DNA of 64,000 bases from Okamejei kenojei (Eukaryota). Below the pieces are notes generated by a model. That model was not told the origin of the DNA. It saw only the letters and a list, made by a program, of their open reading frames with translations, and made no database searches. Shown here piece by piece: positions 12,250 to 25,490 of this stretch. The position numbers and the translations under genes are program-made. Each line of letters begins with the position of its first letter. Position 1 is the first letter of the stretch. The stretch lies in NCBI GenBank assembly GCA_035221665.1, contig CM069133.1:44702001-44766000 (forward strand), in the 5' to 3' direction.

Positions 12250-12575
12250 ATTGTTGGGTGTAAATTTTGCAGCATAGGGTGGAGATCTGAGCCAGAGGGC
12301 GACACCCTCATTGCATCTGCTAGTTCCACTCAGATTCAGCAAGGACGGGGACTGGGTGACTGAAATGCAATGTGTCAAAATGGACTTTGCCATTTGATGC
12401 CAGCTGACATTCTTGCAAAGTCTCTGGAGCCCTTTTACACTCTGTTTTAACCGCACAACTCAAGCAGCAAGGAGTCTTGGTCCCAGCGTGCCTGAGGGAT
12501 TTGAAGGCTCAATAAGAGAAGAGAATGTTTTTGATTTGCTTTTGCACTGCCTGTCTCCACTGATCATACGCATAT
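12250..12575 (+). pseudogene. Orphan, disabled paralog of the promoter region and signal-peptide exon of the Siglec-like gene
   Basis: Colinear with ~37545-37890. ATG at 12525 sits in the same gagaagagaATG context. There is a net 8-nt deletion and the donor gtaagt is replaced by atacgc. Confidence 0.8.
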
Positions 12576-12897
12576 TTTAATACAGAGCAGCAGTTGGTTT
12601 TCTGGCTGCTTCACTATAGGGTGAAACAAATAACTATGAGATGGACTGGGCTGTCCATGGCATGGAGCAAAATCAGTCTTTTGATGCTATGCTTAAAGTG
12701 AGAGGCAGACGTTCAAAAATGGAATAAGTGAACGGTGTCCGTTTATTCCCTCAGCAGTTGATGCCTGACCTGCTGAATTCTCCAGCACTTGTATTTAGTT
12801 TGATAAAAAAATTAATGATGGGTCAGTGTATGTGTGCTCGATGTTCCTCATTTCAATCTCCAACATGCCTCTTATTCCGTAATGTGGACTTGGGAAA

Positions 12898-13715
12898 TTC
12901 AAAGTCAAAGTCAAATTTATTCGTCACATGCACCAACTAAGGCACAGTGAAATGAATTTGCCAGCAGCGATACAGTTGAAAATAAGAACACACAATACAC
13001 AATAGAACTTAACACAAACATCCACCACAGCATTCTTCACTTTGGTGGAAGGCAACAAAGTTCAGTCAGTCCTCCTCCCTTTCTTCATCCGTGGTCAGGG
13101 CCATAAACCCTCCGTAGTCGCCGCTACAGATGGCCGGATGTACAGGCCCTCTCGTTGGGATGATCAAAACTCTGACGTCGGGACGGTCAAATACACTACC
13201 CGGCTTGGAGTGCTGAATCGGCCACTCTCCCACCGGAGACCGCGCCTTTAAGATGTTATAGGCCGCATGCCGGTGTTCGGAGCTCTTCTCCAGTGATCCC
13301 CGGGAAACGATCCCAGACTCCGGATGGCAAGTCCATGCCACGCACGCGGCTAGAAGCTCCACAGACCGCAGCCCCCACTATGCCAAAGTCACCAGGCCAG
13401 CGATCGGAGCACTCCTTTCTGGCAACCCCCGGCAAGGGTTCGCCGCACTGTGCACGCTGCTGAAGCTTTGGTCCTGACTCCGGGAAAGGCTGCTCCAATC
13501 CAAGCTGTTAGGCCGCGAGAGGGGAGGCAGAGAAGCGATATGGAAAAAGTCGCCTCTCCATCGAGGAAGCGACTGAAAAACAGTTTCCCCCTTTTCCCCC
13601 CACACAAGACACACCGAGAGACACCCAAAACACACACTTAGACATTCCAAAAAAACCAAAAAATGTCTTAGTAACAAACACGCTGCTGGCAGGGCAGCCG
13701 ACTCGCAGCGCTACT
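12898..13715 (-). mobile_element. Non-autonomous LINE-dependent retroelement (related family, different tail)
   Basis: (tttgac)n tail on the minus strand, conserved ccacca...ctgtggtggatgtt stem and 5' ggggaaactgttttt block. Confidence 0.65.
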
Positions 13716-15207
13716 AACCGAAAATTCAAAACGTGCCATGCTAAACAGTAATTAAAGCAAAAGTGGAGATGCTTCTCTCTGGATGATGCAAATTAGAAGA
13801 AAAATGGGTATGATAGTTAAAAAGTAACATATTGCTGGAGTAACTCAACATATCAGTCACTATCTCTGGCAGACATGGATAGATGAAATTTCAGGATGCG
13901 ACCCGTCAGACAATGTTAGGTGTTTTTTGGAAATGAAACAACTGGGCTCATTGCAGAACATCCAGAGGGAAGGGGACCAAAAATTAAATGCCGCCCAGAA
14001 CACAAAAACCAAAGAAAGGAAATCCCAAAATATTCCAGAAAAATGTGACTGGGAGAAAGGTTGAGAGGAGAAGTGGAGCTCATTGGAGACCAAGTCCTAG
14101 CGGAAGCAGAGAGCATGGCTGTGTTAGCAAATAAAAATATTCTCAAAGTGTCTTTACCATGAAAGCATCTTTGAAAAGGACAATGCATTTGAAATTCTAG
14201 ATATATAATAATAACTTGCTGATGAACCAAACTTGAAGTTGTAGGGAAGAGAAAGCCGTGCTGCAGCGGGATTATCCCGGGAAGCTGCGGCCCATAGACT
14301 GAGAACTAACCTGCCTGGTGGCAGGGCCGGATGTAGATGAAGAGAGGCCCTAGACTATTTCACTTGAGGCCCTCCCCCTCCCAATCCTCCACCCCCACGA
14401 CAAGAGGACCATGACTACCCAATAGTGACAGTGTGACACTTTAAGATCCTACTGTATGCTGGCGCTGAGGGTGTTCTTTCGTTCTGACGTCAGAATTCCA
14501 TCATCCCGGTGAGAGAGTCTGAGCAGCGGCGACTGCGGGGGCACTGCAGGATAAACAAACAAAACAAACAAAAACGTGAGCTTAAAAATGTTATTGCCTG
14601 AGAAGTGACCATGATTACCTGACAGTGACAGTGTGACACTTTTAGATCTGACTGAATGGTGTCATTAAACATTTGGTTTTAAAATACATATTGGATTCAC
14701 TGCGGAGCGGGCAATGCTTTACCTGGATCGCCGTTTGAAGCTCCGGAGTGTTGAGCCTGTTGCTTCAACATCATGGAGCTGTGGTTTGTGGAGCTCCCAG
14801 CCTCGGGCCGCGCTGATTTCAACATCGCGGAGCCCTGGGGTCCCTTTGCCGAGGGCCGCCAGTGTGAATCACCGCCCAGCTCAGCCTGTGGACTTCGGGA
14901 GCCGCGGTCTCTGGTACGAAGTGGCCGATTCAGAGGTCCAAGCCGCTGAGAATGTTCTCCCGTTCCGATGTTGGATGGTGACCTCAAATTTCATTGTGCC
15001 AATTTGGTGTCTCTTGAATTCAATCTTGAATATTAAAAAATAAAGAAACTACAAATACACTAAGAGTAAAAGTGTTTTTTTCTCACCTTCTTCATAGAAA
15101 AAATCACCAAGATATGTTTGTCTAAGTTTGTCACTCTCAATGCACAGAATGCTCAGTGCAGACAACCTCTCTTGAGACATTGTGGCCCTTAATTCATTTT
15201 TAATGAA

Positions 15208-16398
15208 TTAACAAGGCCACCAAATTCGAGTGCTGTTTCTTACCACTTCAAGCAGGGTGCAAGGTCACCCAATTCAAGTCTAGTTTCATACTATTTCAAG
15301 CGGGGTGCAAGGCCACTAAAGACAGCGAGTCTTGACCTCTCCATCTTGCAGAGACTGAGCCACGCCCACATTTCTGGCTTTATAGTCCCTCCCCCTCCCA
15401 CCAGAAGGGGGGAGGGACTATAAAGCCAGAATCAGATTGACAGGAGAGAGAATCTCAACATTTTTTAAACACTAATAACTCTTTTATGTTTCATTGATGG
15501 GGAAAATCCTCAGCACCTGATGAGTGGAGGGGAACTCTGACTAAGATGGTCAAAAATCACAGCCGTACGTGGTTGCGTTTTTTCTAAAATCAATGTAAAG
15601 CGCAAACAGGAAGTGGTCAAGAATAGACATTTAAATATATAGAAGGCAAGGCAACTTTAATTAGGTAAGGCAACTTTAATTAGGCATGGCAACTTTAATT
15701 AGGCACGGCAACTTTAACTAGGCAAGGCAACTTTAACTAGGCATGGCAACTTTAACTAGGCAAGGGAAATTTAATTAGGAATGACAACGTTAATTAGGCA
15801 ACACAGCTTTAGCATTTCCAAACCAAAGGCAACACAGCTTTAGCATTTCCAAACCAAAGGCAACAGAGCTTTAGCATTTCCAAACCATAGGCAACACAGC
15901 TTTAGCATTTCCAAACCAAAGGCAACACAGCTTTAGCATTTGCAAACCAAAGGCAACTCAGCTTTAGCATTTCCAAACCAAAGGCAACACAGCTTTATAA
16001 TTTCCAAACTATATTTTCAAACCACATTAGGGGCACTGACAGGTCAGTAAAACCACTCACAGTTTAGTAGACATATGTTCTGTGATATTTACAGCTCAGA
16101 CTGAGAGATGTGACCCTCTCACTCCCCCATCTTGCAGAGACTGACTGAGGCACTCAACACTTCCAGGTTTTATAGTCCCTCTGGAAGGGGCGTGGCCTTT
16201 AGGAGAGAATCTCAACATTTTTTAAACACTAATAACTTTATTTTTCACCTTATGGGAAAAATCCTATTGTCCTGCGCAGGGGAGGGGGACTCTGAGTAAG
16301 ATGGCCAAAAATCACAGCCGTAAATGGCAGCGTTTTTTCAAAAATCAATATACAGAACAACAGGAAGTGATCAAGATCAGACTTTTAGTAATATAGAT
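15208..16398 (-). mobile_element. Helitron-like non-autonomous insert with internal duplication and minisatellites
   Basis: Minus strand begins a|tctatattactaaaagt (16398). A ~300-bp block is duplicated (15330-15640 / 16100-16398). No TIR or TSD. Confidence 0.45.
15644..16010. repeat. Adjacent 19-bp (aggcaaggcaactttaatt, ~8x) and 31-bp (aaggcaacacagctttagcatttccaaacca, ~7x) tandem arrays
   Basis: Directly visible tandem units. Confidence 0.95.
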
Positions 16399-18519
16399 TA
16401 AGGATTTTATCCTAAACTCATATCTTGAAGAGAGTTTATCTAAAGCATCAGGACCAGATGCACTTCCATAATTCCCTTGGAGTTTCCTTACACTTGTCTC
16501 CCTGTGACAGTTCTGTAGTTAACAACTGGCAAGGTGGTCTTTGCTTGTTGCTCAAGCTCATCATAATCTTCTCTAATTTTGCTTACAAAATCCTGAAGTG
16601 AACTGTACAAACTTGCACAAGTACTCAATAACAGTTTTGATTTTTGAATGGCTTTGTTGACGTTGTGGAAATGACCTAGCACACGGGTCCAAAAATGCAG
16701 CAAAAACACAAATTCTAGTTCTTCCATTTTCTGAAAAACATTGTTAGCTGAAAGCCTGGTATCACCCTTCACATTAGCATCTGAGTATAAATGATCAAGG
16801 GCATTGGTGACAGCACTGTAAGTTTCGAAAATAGCTTCTGTGGCTTTTGCATGTGCCTCCCACGTAGTGTCTGACAAATATTTAGGCACTTTTGACTGAG
16901 GTTGCAAAAATGATTTTAGAACTGCCCATCTCTTTGTGGAGGATGAAAAGAAGGTATACATTTCATTGCTATTTCCAAAAGAGTTCACTGCATCAAGGCA
17001 GCAATCAACAGCCAAACGGCCCACCAAATTTAATGAGTGAGCAGCGCATGGAATAAATCTTGCAAAGTTGTTTTCTTTTGAGGATTTCGAGGCATACCCT
17101 TGTATCTACCAGCCATGTTGGCAGCATTGTCATAAGACTGCCCTCGGCATTTTCTAAAGACAATCTCAAGCTCAGTAGTGAGATAGTTTAACACAAAATC
17201 AGCCATGCTTTCTCCTGAGTGGTCTTTCAGCTCAAGGAAAGTTAAAAATCGCTCACTTGGTAAACCGTCTTCAGGTGATACATATCTGATAATTAGTCAA
17301 CTGATCAGTATATGAAATGTCAGGGGTGGTATCCACTGACAAGCTGAAATATCCAGCCTTTCTCAAGTCAGCCGGAATTGCATCCTTAACTTTTTTTACC
17401 ATGAGTTGAATTATTTCCTCACATACAGTTTTTAACAAATAAGAGGGATTTCCTGATCTGGAGTTTCCATACCGATTGATAGAGCCAGTAAAAATTGATC
17501 AAATTTTGCAACTAGCTCTAAAAGACCAAGACAATTGCCGTTATTTGGAGTTCCAAATTGTTCATTGTCTCCTCTGAATGGTAAGCCTCATTCTGCAAGA
17601 GTGCATTTTACGGCAACAATTCACTCCATACATGCCGCCAGTAATGCTGCAGTGCTTTTATTTGCTCCTGTAGCTTTGAAGTTAACGTTTGCCTTCGCTT
17701 TCTTGTTAAGTAGGTCAACATGGCATTCCTGTGCTTCTCTGGGTTTTCATGAGTTTGGATAAGATAGGGGTTTCGCCAATCATCAAATCCTTCAGAAGCT
17801 AAAGATGTAGCAGAAGAATAAGATGCAATGTTTGGAAAGAGTTTACAAACAAAGCAATATATCCGGCCTTTTGAGGGAGAATACACAAGCCACTCTCGGC
17901 TATATGTTTCTCCATTGACTTTTGTTGAATAAAAAAGAGCTTTGGTGTAAAACATAGACTGATTTTTATACACTCGCTTGGAATTTGAAAATGGTCCACA
18001 ACGATGCTGAACTTGAGAGGTGCCACTTTCTACCCAATAGGATACGTCCTCATGTGATAATTCTGTCCACAAACCAACGTCTGTTGAAGTACATCTATAT
18101 TTGGCATCATCAATCAGTTCTATATTTTCATTTTGAACTGATTGACCATCAATCAGTTCTATATTTTCATTATGAGGAATATTAAAAAAAATATTTCTTA
18201 AAGAATTGTTCCTTATTGACAATTATATTGCAAAACCTGAATCAAATCTGAATCAAATCTGGCTAACTTATAACTGAAAAAGGCTAACTTATAACTGAAA
18301 AAAACAGGTTCACTTCTTAATAAACAGACAACTCACAAAGCAGTTTGGTAGACCAATTCAAAACTTTACTAATTATCGGCCGATGGAAGTAGCAAGGAAA
18401 ACAGACCTCAACCAAGTGAGCAACACAGACACTTGGCTGTCCTCTCTCCACTTCCCTGAACACAGACTTACATGGTATTCTATATTGTTGAGGCGGATGA
18501 TGTCCCGCCAGCAGTTTAA

Positions 18520-19430
18520 AATAAAAAGATCTAAAGCCGGAAGATGGCCAAGAGGGGGAGTCCAAGAGAAGGGGGTCCGTTGGAGATGGGAAAAGGGATC
18601 ATCAATGGGAGCGAGAACTTCCCATGGAAGAACGCTGTGAGGTGGAGGCGATGGAAGACGAGCTCCAAATCGTGGCGTGCACGGAGCTCATTGAGGTGGG
18701 GACGGAGGGGCCAAAGGTGAGACATCTGCTGAGGACAGACCATTTGATATCTGAGAGGGGGATGTCAGGGGGGATGGTGAACACATGGCAGCAATGTGGG
18801 TTGGGGCCGGAGGAAGGCAAGTCAGTGGACCGAGGCAGAGGCGATGATTGGTGGGGGGGGGGGGGGGGGGGGGGGTGGTGGGTGGTCAGAGGGCAGGGTG
18901 GTATGAGGACTGTAATGTGGGTGGGGAAGAGCTGGGGTCACATGGTTTGAGGGGGATGAGGAAGACCCAGTGGAACAGCCACTAATGTTACCAGGGTGGG
19001 GGGACTGGCACTAGGACCCAGCGCAGTCAAACCCAGGGGAGTTGTAGTCTGCAGTGTGGAAACTCCAGGCCCGGTGCTGAGCCCAGGATGCAGGTAAGGT
19101 GACAGCTGCGGGCTGCTGGAGGCCGGTGGAGTGGCGAGGTCAGTGGAATCGATGGTGGAAATCCACGGGGAGTGAAGTCAGGGTCAGCGGGCAATGCATG
19201 GGCATCTTAAAGCTTCATGGGCGCTATCCTGGTGGGCGGATGGTTGGTGGGGTGGTGAGGTTAGGTGGGCCCGGTGCAGCGGGGAGGTGTGTATGCCCCA
19301 GTGCGGCGGGGAGGTGGGTAGGCGCCGGTGCGGCAGCGAGATGAGTAGGCCCCAGTGCGGCGGCGAGGTGGGTGGGCTCCGGTCTGGTGGCGAGGTGGGT
19401 AGGCTCCAGTGCGGGGAAAAACGGTTAAAT
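18520..19430 (-). mobile_element. Penelope-like element internal/5' fragment nested in the hAT
   Basis: VFTIPPDIPLSD...VLSRCLTF and HLNELRARHDLELVFHRL parallel the PLE at 22590-23100. Confidence 0.8.
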
Positions 19431-20339
19431 AAACTACATGCCTTTTGCTTTGTCCTGCATTTGTGATCCATGATAGTGAAGGCGTTGAAGGCGTTTTTAG
19501 TCACGTAGAACGGAATTTCAGCATCAGGTCTTTTAGTAGCATTCCGAGCAAATCAAAGATCCAAGGATCTTTGGTGCAAATTCCTCTCCGATACAAATAT
19601 AAACTCACCTGCATTTTTAATCCAGACCCCCCTCCGGAATTGCAAACACAGCGACACTGATGGGTTTTGTAACAACGCCACTATGTCAAAAATTTTATAC
19701 ACCTTGGTGGAGCGAGGCCGAGGCCCCCTAGATCTCGAGGCCCTAAGCTTATGCTTGTGAAGCTTATACGTAAATCCGGCTAGACTCACCCGCCAAAGGA
19801 CGGAAACTGCTCGGTAAACCCGACTCGCCCCCCCCCCCCCGGGGTTCGGGAACTTGCCTGCCGCAGATAGTGGAACCACGAGCCGCATCGTAGACTGGAA
19901 ACCCACCCCCCCCCCCCCCCCCCCCCCCCAGAAGGCCCGGCTTCCCAGTGCGGTCTGGGGAATCGCCCGACAGTGGACCCGCAGTCTGGAACCCGCCCGG
20001 AAGGCCCGGCTCGACCGCCTCGGATCGAGGACCCACGGGAACCCACCTGGAGGGCCGGTAAGCAGACCAGCTGCGGGAGGGAGCGCACGGACTCGACGGG
20101 GGTGTGGGCCGTTGGAGGTCCTGCAACTGCCTGGAGCTCGGCTGGTCCGGGCGCCGCTCCAAGAGACCGAGCACGTGGAATGGACGCGGCCTGCAGCGGT
20201 GGAGCAGCAGCGGAAGACACCATGGCAACGCCTGGCCAGGCCGACCCTGCAACGCAGCCAGGACAACAGGCCGTCATGGTCCGGTCAAGATCCCTGCACT
20301 TAAAACAACTTCAAAATGGTGCCAAACAGGCTCTGTACA

Positions 20340-23320
20340 CTGGGTACACAAAAGGCTGGAGAAACTCAGCGGGTGCAGCAGCATCTAAGGAGCGAAGGAG
20401 ATAGGCGACGTTTTGGGTCGAGACCCTTCTTCAGACTGGTCAGGGATCAGGGAAACGAGAGATATAGATGGTGATGTGGAGAGATAAATTACAATGAATG
20501 AAAGATATGCAAAAAAGTATCGATGATAAAGGGAACAAGCCATTGTAAGCTGTTTGTGGTGTGAAAATGAGAAGCTAGTGCGACTAGGGTGGGGGAGGGA
20601 GATAGAGATAGAGGGAATGCCAGGGCCCGAGGGCTGAGGGAGAGGTGGGAAGGGGAGGAAACAGCAAGGGTTAACAGAATTGAAAAAAATCAATGTTCAA
20701 GCCCAGAGGATGCAGACTCCCCAAGCGGAATATGTGGTGCTGTTCCTCCAACTTGCGGTGTTGCTCACTCTGGCCGTGGAGGAGGCCCAGGACCGAGAGG
20801 TCGGATATGGAATGGGAGGGGTTGAAGTGCTGAGCCACCGGGAGGTCGGCTTGGTTATTGCGGAGGTGTTCAGCAAAATGATCGCCAAGCCTCCGCTTGG
20901 CCTCACCGATATAGATCATCTGGCATCTGGAGCAGCGGATGCAGTAGATGAGGTTGGAGGAGGTGCAGGTGAACCTCTGTCGGACCTGGAAGGACTGCTT
21001 GGGTCCCTGAAAGGAGTGGAGGGGGGAGGTGAAGGGACAAGTGTAGCATTTCTTGCGGTTGCAAGGGAAAGTGCCCGGGGAAGGGGTAGAGCGGGAGGAA
21101 AGGGAAGAATTGACAAGGGAGTTGCGGAGGGAGCGGTCTTTGTGGAAGGCAGACAGGGGGGGAGATGGGAAGATGTGGTGAGTGGAGGGGTCACGTTGGA
21201 GGTGGAGAAACTGGCGGAGGACTATGTGTTGTATTTGCCGGCTGGTGGGGTGAAAGGTGAGGACCAGGGGGACTCTGCCCTGTTTGCGAGTGGGGGAATG
21301 GGGAGAGAGGGCAGTGTTGCGGGGTATGGAGGAGACCCTGGTGCAAGCCTCATCAATAGTGACGGAGGGGAATCCCCGTTCTCTGAAGAATGAGGCCATT
21401 TGTGATGACCTGGTGCGGAACATCTCATCCTGGGAGCAGATGCGGCATAGACGGAGGAATTGGGAATAGGGGATGGAGTCCTTACAGGAAGCAGGGTGGG
21501 AGGAAGAGTAGTCCAGGTAGCTGTGGTAGTCAATTGGTTTGTAGTGGATGTCGGTCAGGAGTGTATCACCTGCAATAGAGATGGTGAGGTCAAGGAATGG
21601 TAGGGAAATGTCGGAAATGGTCCAAGTGTATTTGAGTGCCGGATGGAAGTTGGTGGTGAAATGGATGAAGTCAGTCAGTTGTGTGTGGGTGCAGGAGGTG
21701 ACACCAAATCAGTCATCGATGTAACGGAGGTAGAGGTCAGGGATGGGGCCCTGGTACGCCGAGAACAAGGATTGTTCGACGTACCCGACAAAGAGGCAAG
21801 CGTAGCTGGGGCCCATGCGTGTGCCCATAGCTACGCCTTGTGTTTGGAGGAAATGGGAGGAATCAAAAGAGAAGTTATTGAGGGTAAGGACCAACTCCGC
21901 TAGGCAGAGGAGGGTGTCAGTGGAAGGGTATGGGTTGCTCCCCTGGTTGAGGAAGAACCGGAGGGCTTTGAGACCGTCCTGGTGGGGGTTGGAGGTGTAG
22001 AGTGACTGGACGTCCATGGTAAAGATGAGAGGATGGGGGCGTGGAGAATGGAATGCACGGAGCCGACGGAGAGTGCCTGAGGTGTCTTGAACATAGGTGG
22101 GGAGGGATTTAACAAAGGGGGATAGGATGGCGTCAAGGTATGTGGAAATGTGTTTGGTGGGGCACGAACAGGCAGAGACAATGGGTCTGCCAGGGCAGTC
22201 GGGTTTGTGGATTTTGGGGAGAAGGTAAAATCGGGCCGTGCGGGGCTGGGAAACGATGAGGTTGGAGGCTCGGGGGGGGGTAGGGAGCCGGAGCTGATGA
22301 AGTCGGTTATGGTGCTCGAGATGGTAGCCTGGTGTTCGTCAGTGGGGTCATGGTCCAGGGGTAAGTAGGAGGAGGTGTCCAAGAGTTGGCACGCGGCCTC
22401 TGCTTTGTAGAGATCGATGCGCCAGACTACCACGGCACCTCCCTTGTCGGCGGGTTTGATAACCCAGTCTGGGTTGTTACGGAGTGAGTCGATGGCAGTA
22501 CGTTCGGGGCTGGAGAGATTGGAGTGAGACAGGGGAGTGGAGAAGTCGAGGTGGTTGATGTACCGACGGCAGTTCTGGATAAATAGTTCTAGCTACAAGT
22601 GGGGTTCCAAGTGGAGGGGGTACGTTGGAGACAGGAAAAGGGATCATCAGTGGTGGGCAAGGACTTCTTCCCATGGAAGAACGCTGTGAGGCGGAGGCGA
22701 CGGTAGAAGAGCTCCAAGTCGTGGTGGGCGCGGAACTCATTGAGGTGGGGACAGAGGGGGACAAAGGTAAGACCTCTGCTGAGGACAGACCGTTCGGTGT
22801 AGGATAGGGGGAGGTCCGGGGCGATGGTGAACACGCGGCAAGGATGGGGGTTGTGGCCGGAGGAAGGCAGGTGAGTGCACTGAGGATGGAGCGTTGTGTG
22901 GTGGGGGGGTGGAGGGTGGTCAGGGGGTGGGGAGGTATGGGGGCTGTGGTGTGGGTGGGGAAGAGCAGGGGTTACATGGTAGGGGTGGGATGGGGAAGAC
23001 CCAGTGGAATAGCCACTAAGGTTACTGGGCTGGGGAGATGGGCACTAGGACCCAGTGCCGTTAAAGACAGAGTGGTGGGAGGAGTTAGCAACGTGGAGGC
23101 TTCAGGCCCACTGCAGAGTCCAGTCTGCAGGTGAGGCGACGGCTGTGGGCTGCTGGTGGGAGGAATGTCGTGGGTCAGCAGACCCGAAGGTAGGAGTCCG
23201 CGGGGAGTGGAGTCGGGGTCGGCGGGCGATGTGTTGGAGGTCCCGGTGGGCAGGTGGTCGGGGTCGGCGGGCGATGCGTTGGAGGTCCCGGTGGGCGGGC
23301 GACTCTGTACACTGTATTGA
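20340..23320 (-). mobile_element. Penelope-like retroelement (Neptune-type): RT plus GIY-YIG endonuclease, frameshifted
   Basis: MDVQSLYT, QTQGVAMGTRMGPSYACLF, YLRYIDD (RT); PCNRKKCYTC knuckle and NLIYCIRCSRCQMIYIGE (GIY-YIG); pLTR at ~20340-20560. Confidence 0.95.
20404..20438 (-). ncRNA. Minimal hammerhead ribozyme motif in PLE pLTR (GAAA mutated to AAAA)
   Basis: Minus strand gtctgaagaagggtctcgacccaaaacgtcgcc: CUGAAGA core, perfect GGGUC/GACCC stem II, GUC site. Confidence 0.6.
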
Positions 23321-25490
23321 TGTGCTACTGCTATACATTTAAGCTGTATCAGCCATGATGATATTGAATGGCGGTGCAGGCTCAAAGGGCTGAATGGCCT
23401 ACTCCTGCACCTAATTTCTATGTTTCTATGTTTCTATCTGAGATGCTTATCTAATATGTATGTAAGTGCTTAAGAAAAGTGATGCTTGTATTGAACTGCA
23501 CACAAAAATGAATTTCACTGTACCTCGGTACGTGACAAATAATGTACCACAAAGAGTGAGGATAATAATAATTTTATCCAAACTGATAAATGCAGGGTTA
23601 GAATGGATGGACAGAAGCAGGTGGAATTTAATATTGAACAATTATATCTTTGAAGTCAGAAATTTGAACGAGAGGACATCATTCTCTAGCTGTAGAAAGG
23701 AAATTAGGTTTGGTAGTCTTGTACATTGTTCCTTAAAAGTGGCCGCACAGTCTGAGCAAGTGCCTTTTTTAAACATACGTGCTTCCGAGCTCCATATGCA
23801 TCTGCAAACATTACAAGAATAAAGGAGTCTTGATGAACCTTCCATAAATGTCTGCCCACCAATATTTTAAGAAAGATAGGGAGTATAGCAAAGTGATTTA
23901 TCTAAAATGCATCAAGAGATGAGAAAGTTCAGTTATGTGGATTGACAGGAGAAACTGAGGCTGTTCAATCTGAATTGAGTTCTGTTAAGTGATTCTCTGA
24001 GGCAGCAGCTAAATGAGTTCATGGTGGAATGCGGGAAAGTCATTACTTTTGTGAGAGAAAGGGACAGAGGTGTACCTGGAGTTCATGGAATGTGGGAATG
24101 TCGGAATAATTGTCATGGTGTGGCATATTAATGGCGTGGAAATATCATGCAAAGAATTACATATCACCAGGGTGTGGTGATTCTTGAGGAATTGCCATAT
24201 CATCGGCTCAATCACTTTAAGTTGCGTTATCAAAGATCCTCTTTCCATCATCAGGTCACGAGATGCAAATGATCGTTGATTTCACAATGTGTAATGCCTC
24301 AGCAAATAATGTAGCCCAGGCCTGCAGAGAGCAAAAAGACGTAGTCATTAGACTGCCATGCAAATACTGCGCCTATTAGAGCAGGTCAGTCTGAGGAAAT
24401 TTACCTCCTGCTGACACTCACCATCTGCACAGCACAAGCCAGGAGTGTAATGAAGAACTTTCATTTACTTAGATGAGAAGAGCGTTCAACAATTCAACAC
24501 TAAGATGAAGAAAGCAGCTGCTTTGATTGGGATCTCAACAGCCAACCAGTCTACAATAATACCTGTTTCCTCCAGTGTTGGGCCTTGGCTGCCATGTGTA
24601 CCCATCTCCAAAGTATAGTGCAGTTATCATGCACCCTGCTCCATCAATACCCCTGACCTCCACCATGAAGGACAAATGCAGCAGGTGCATCACCAGATTT
24701 TACCATTCGCAAACCACCCGGATCTGGAAATATCTTCAGGTCTCTGAAATCATCTATTGCAGAGGTTGGATCATAAGAGACATTTAATGAGATGATTGAT
24801 AAATCTTTGAAGGATTATGATCAAAGTGCAAGGGATTCTGAATGGATACTCCGATGTATTATGTCTTCTTGCATCGTCACTGGGTCTGTATCCTGCAACT
24901 CACTTCCCAACAGCCTAGTGGGTACAGCTTCAGTGCAGTGGTTTAAGAAGGTTCTCACCACCACCTCCTTGTGAGCAGTGAGGGGTGGGCAAATATTCTG
25001 AAAAAATATTTCAAAAAGTAAATTGAAATAATTCAGAAAAGTAGTTCAAGATATGTCAGAATGTGCTGATCCCGCTCTCACTCACGTTCAACTTGCATTC
25101 CAACACCTCCGAGTATTGATTGATCTTTCACCCAACACACACCCCAGTAAATATCAACCAAATCCTGAAATTCAAACCCCTTCATGCTGCAAAGTAGTCA
25201 CGAGTCAAACAAACAACAGTCAGACTACTCTAGATAAAATAAATGGTGGTGGTGACAAAATGCCAATCTCCTTTGGAGTATTGTTGGATTTCTGGTTGTT
25301 GCATCAGATATTGGCATTAGTTTATTATTGTTGTGTGTACTGAAATAGGGTGCTATCCAATCAAACCATACCAAACACGATTACAATCAAGTCGTATGCA
25401 AGTGTAACACGTAATGCAAAGAGAAAAGGTACCAGTGTTGAATATAGTATCATGGCATTCTAGTATTACAGTTATGGAGAATAGGACAGT

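Larger units (their letters stand above)
15060..18222 (-). pseudogene. Disrupted hAT transposase (TTF-type zinc finger, DUF4371-like region, catalytic region, C-terminal dimerization domain)
   Basis: REWLVYSPSKGRIYCFVCKLF; YTFFSSSTKRWAVL...LSDTTWEAH; C-terminal NELRATMSQERLSALSILCIE at ~15130-15200. Frameshifted and interrupted at ~15208-16398. Confidence 0.88.
14322..19783 (-). mobile_element. hAT DNA transposon (ZMYM1-like/Tip100-type transposase) with nested insertions
   Basis: Imperfect TIRs cagggccggatgta (14322) and taaatccggc (19771-19780), aggccc subterminal repeats, internal transposase pseudogene. Confidence 0.85.

Noticed and set aside
19553-20404. Cluster of overlapping 140-240 aa ORFs on both strands
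   Set aside because: GC-rich non-coding repeat lacking stops in all frames; no recognisable protein. The same applies to 4869-6332, 7710-8363 and 10127-10669.
20680-21393. 237-aa + strand ORF
   Set aside because: Antisense shadow of the Penelope GIY-YIG coding region.
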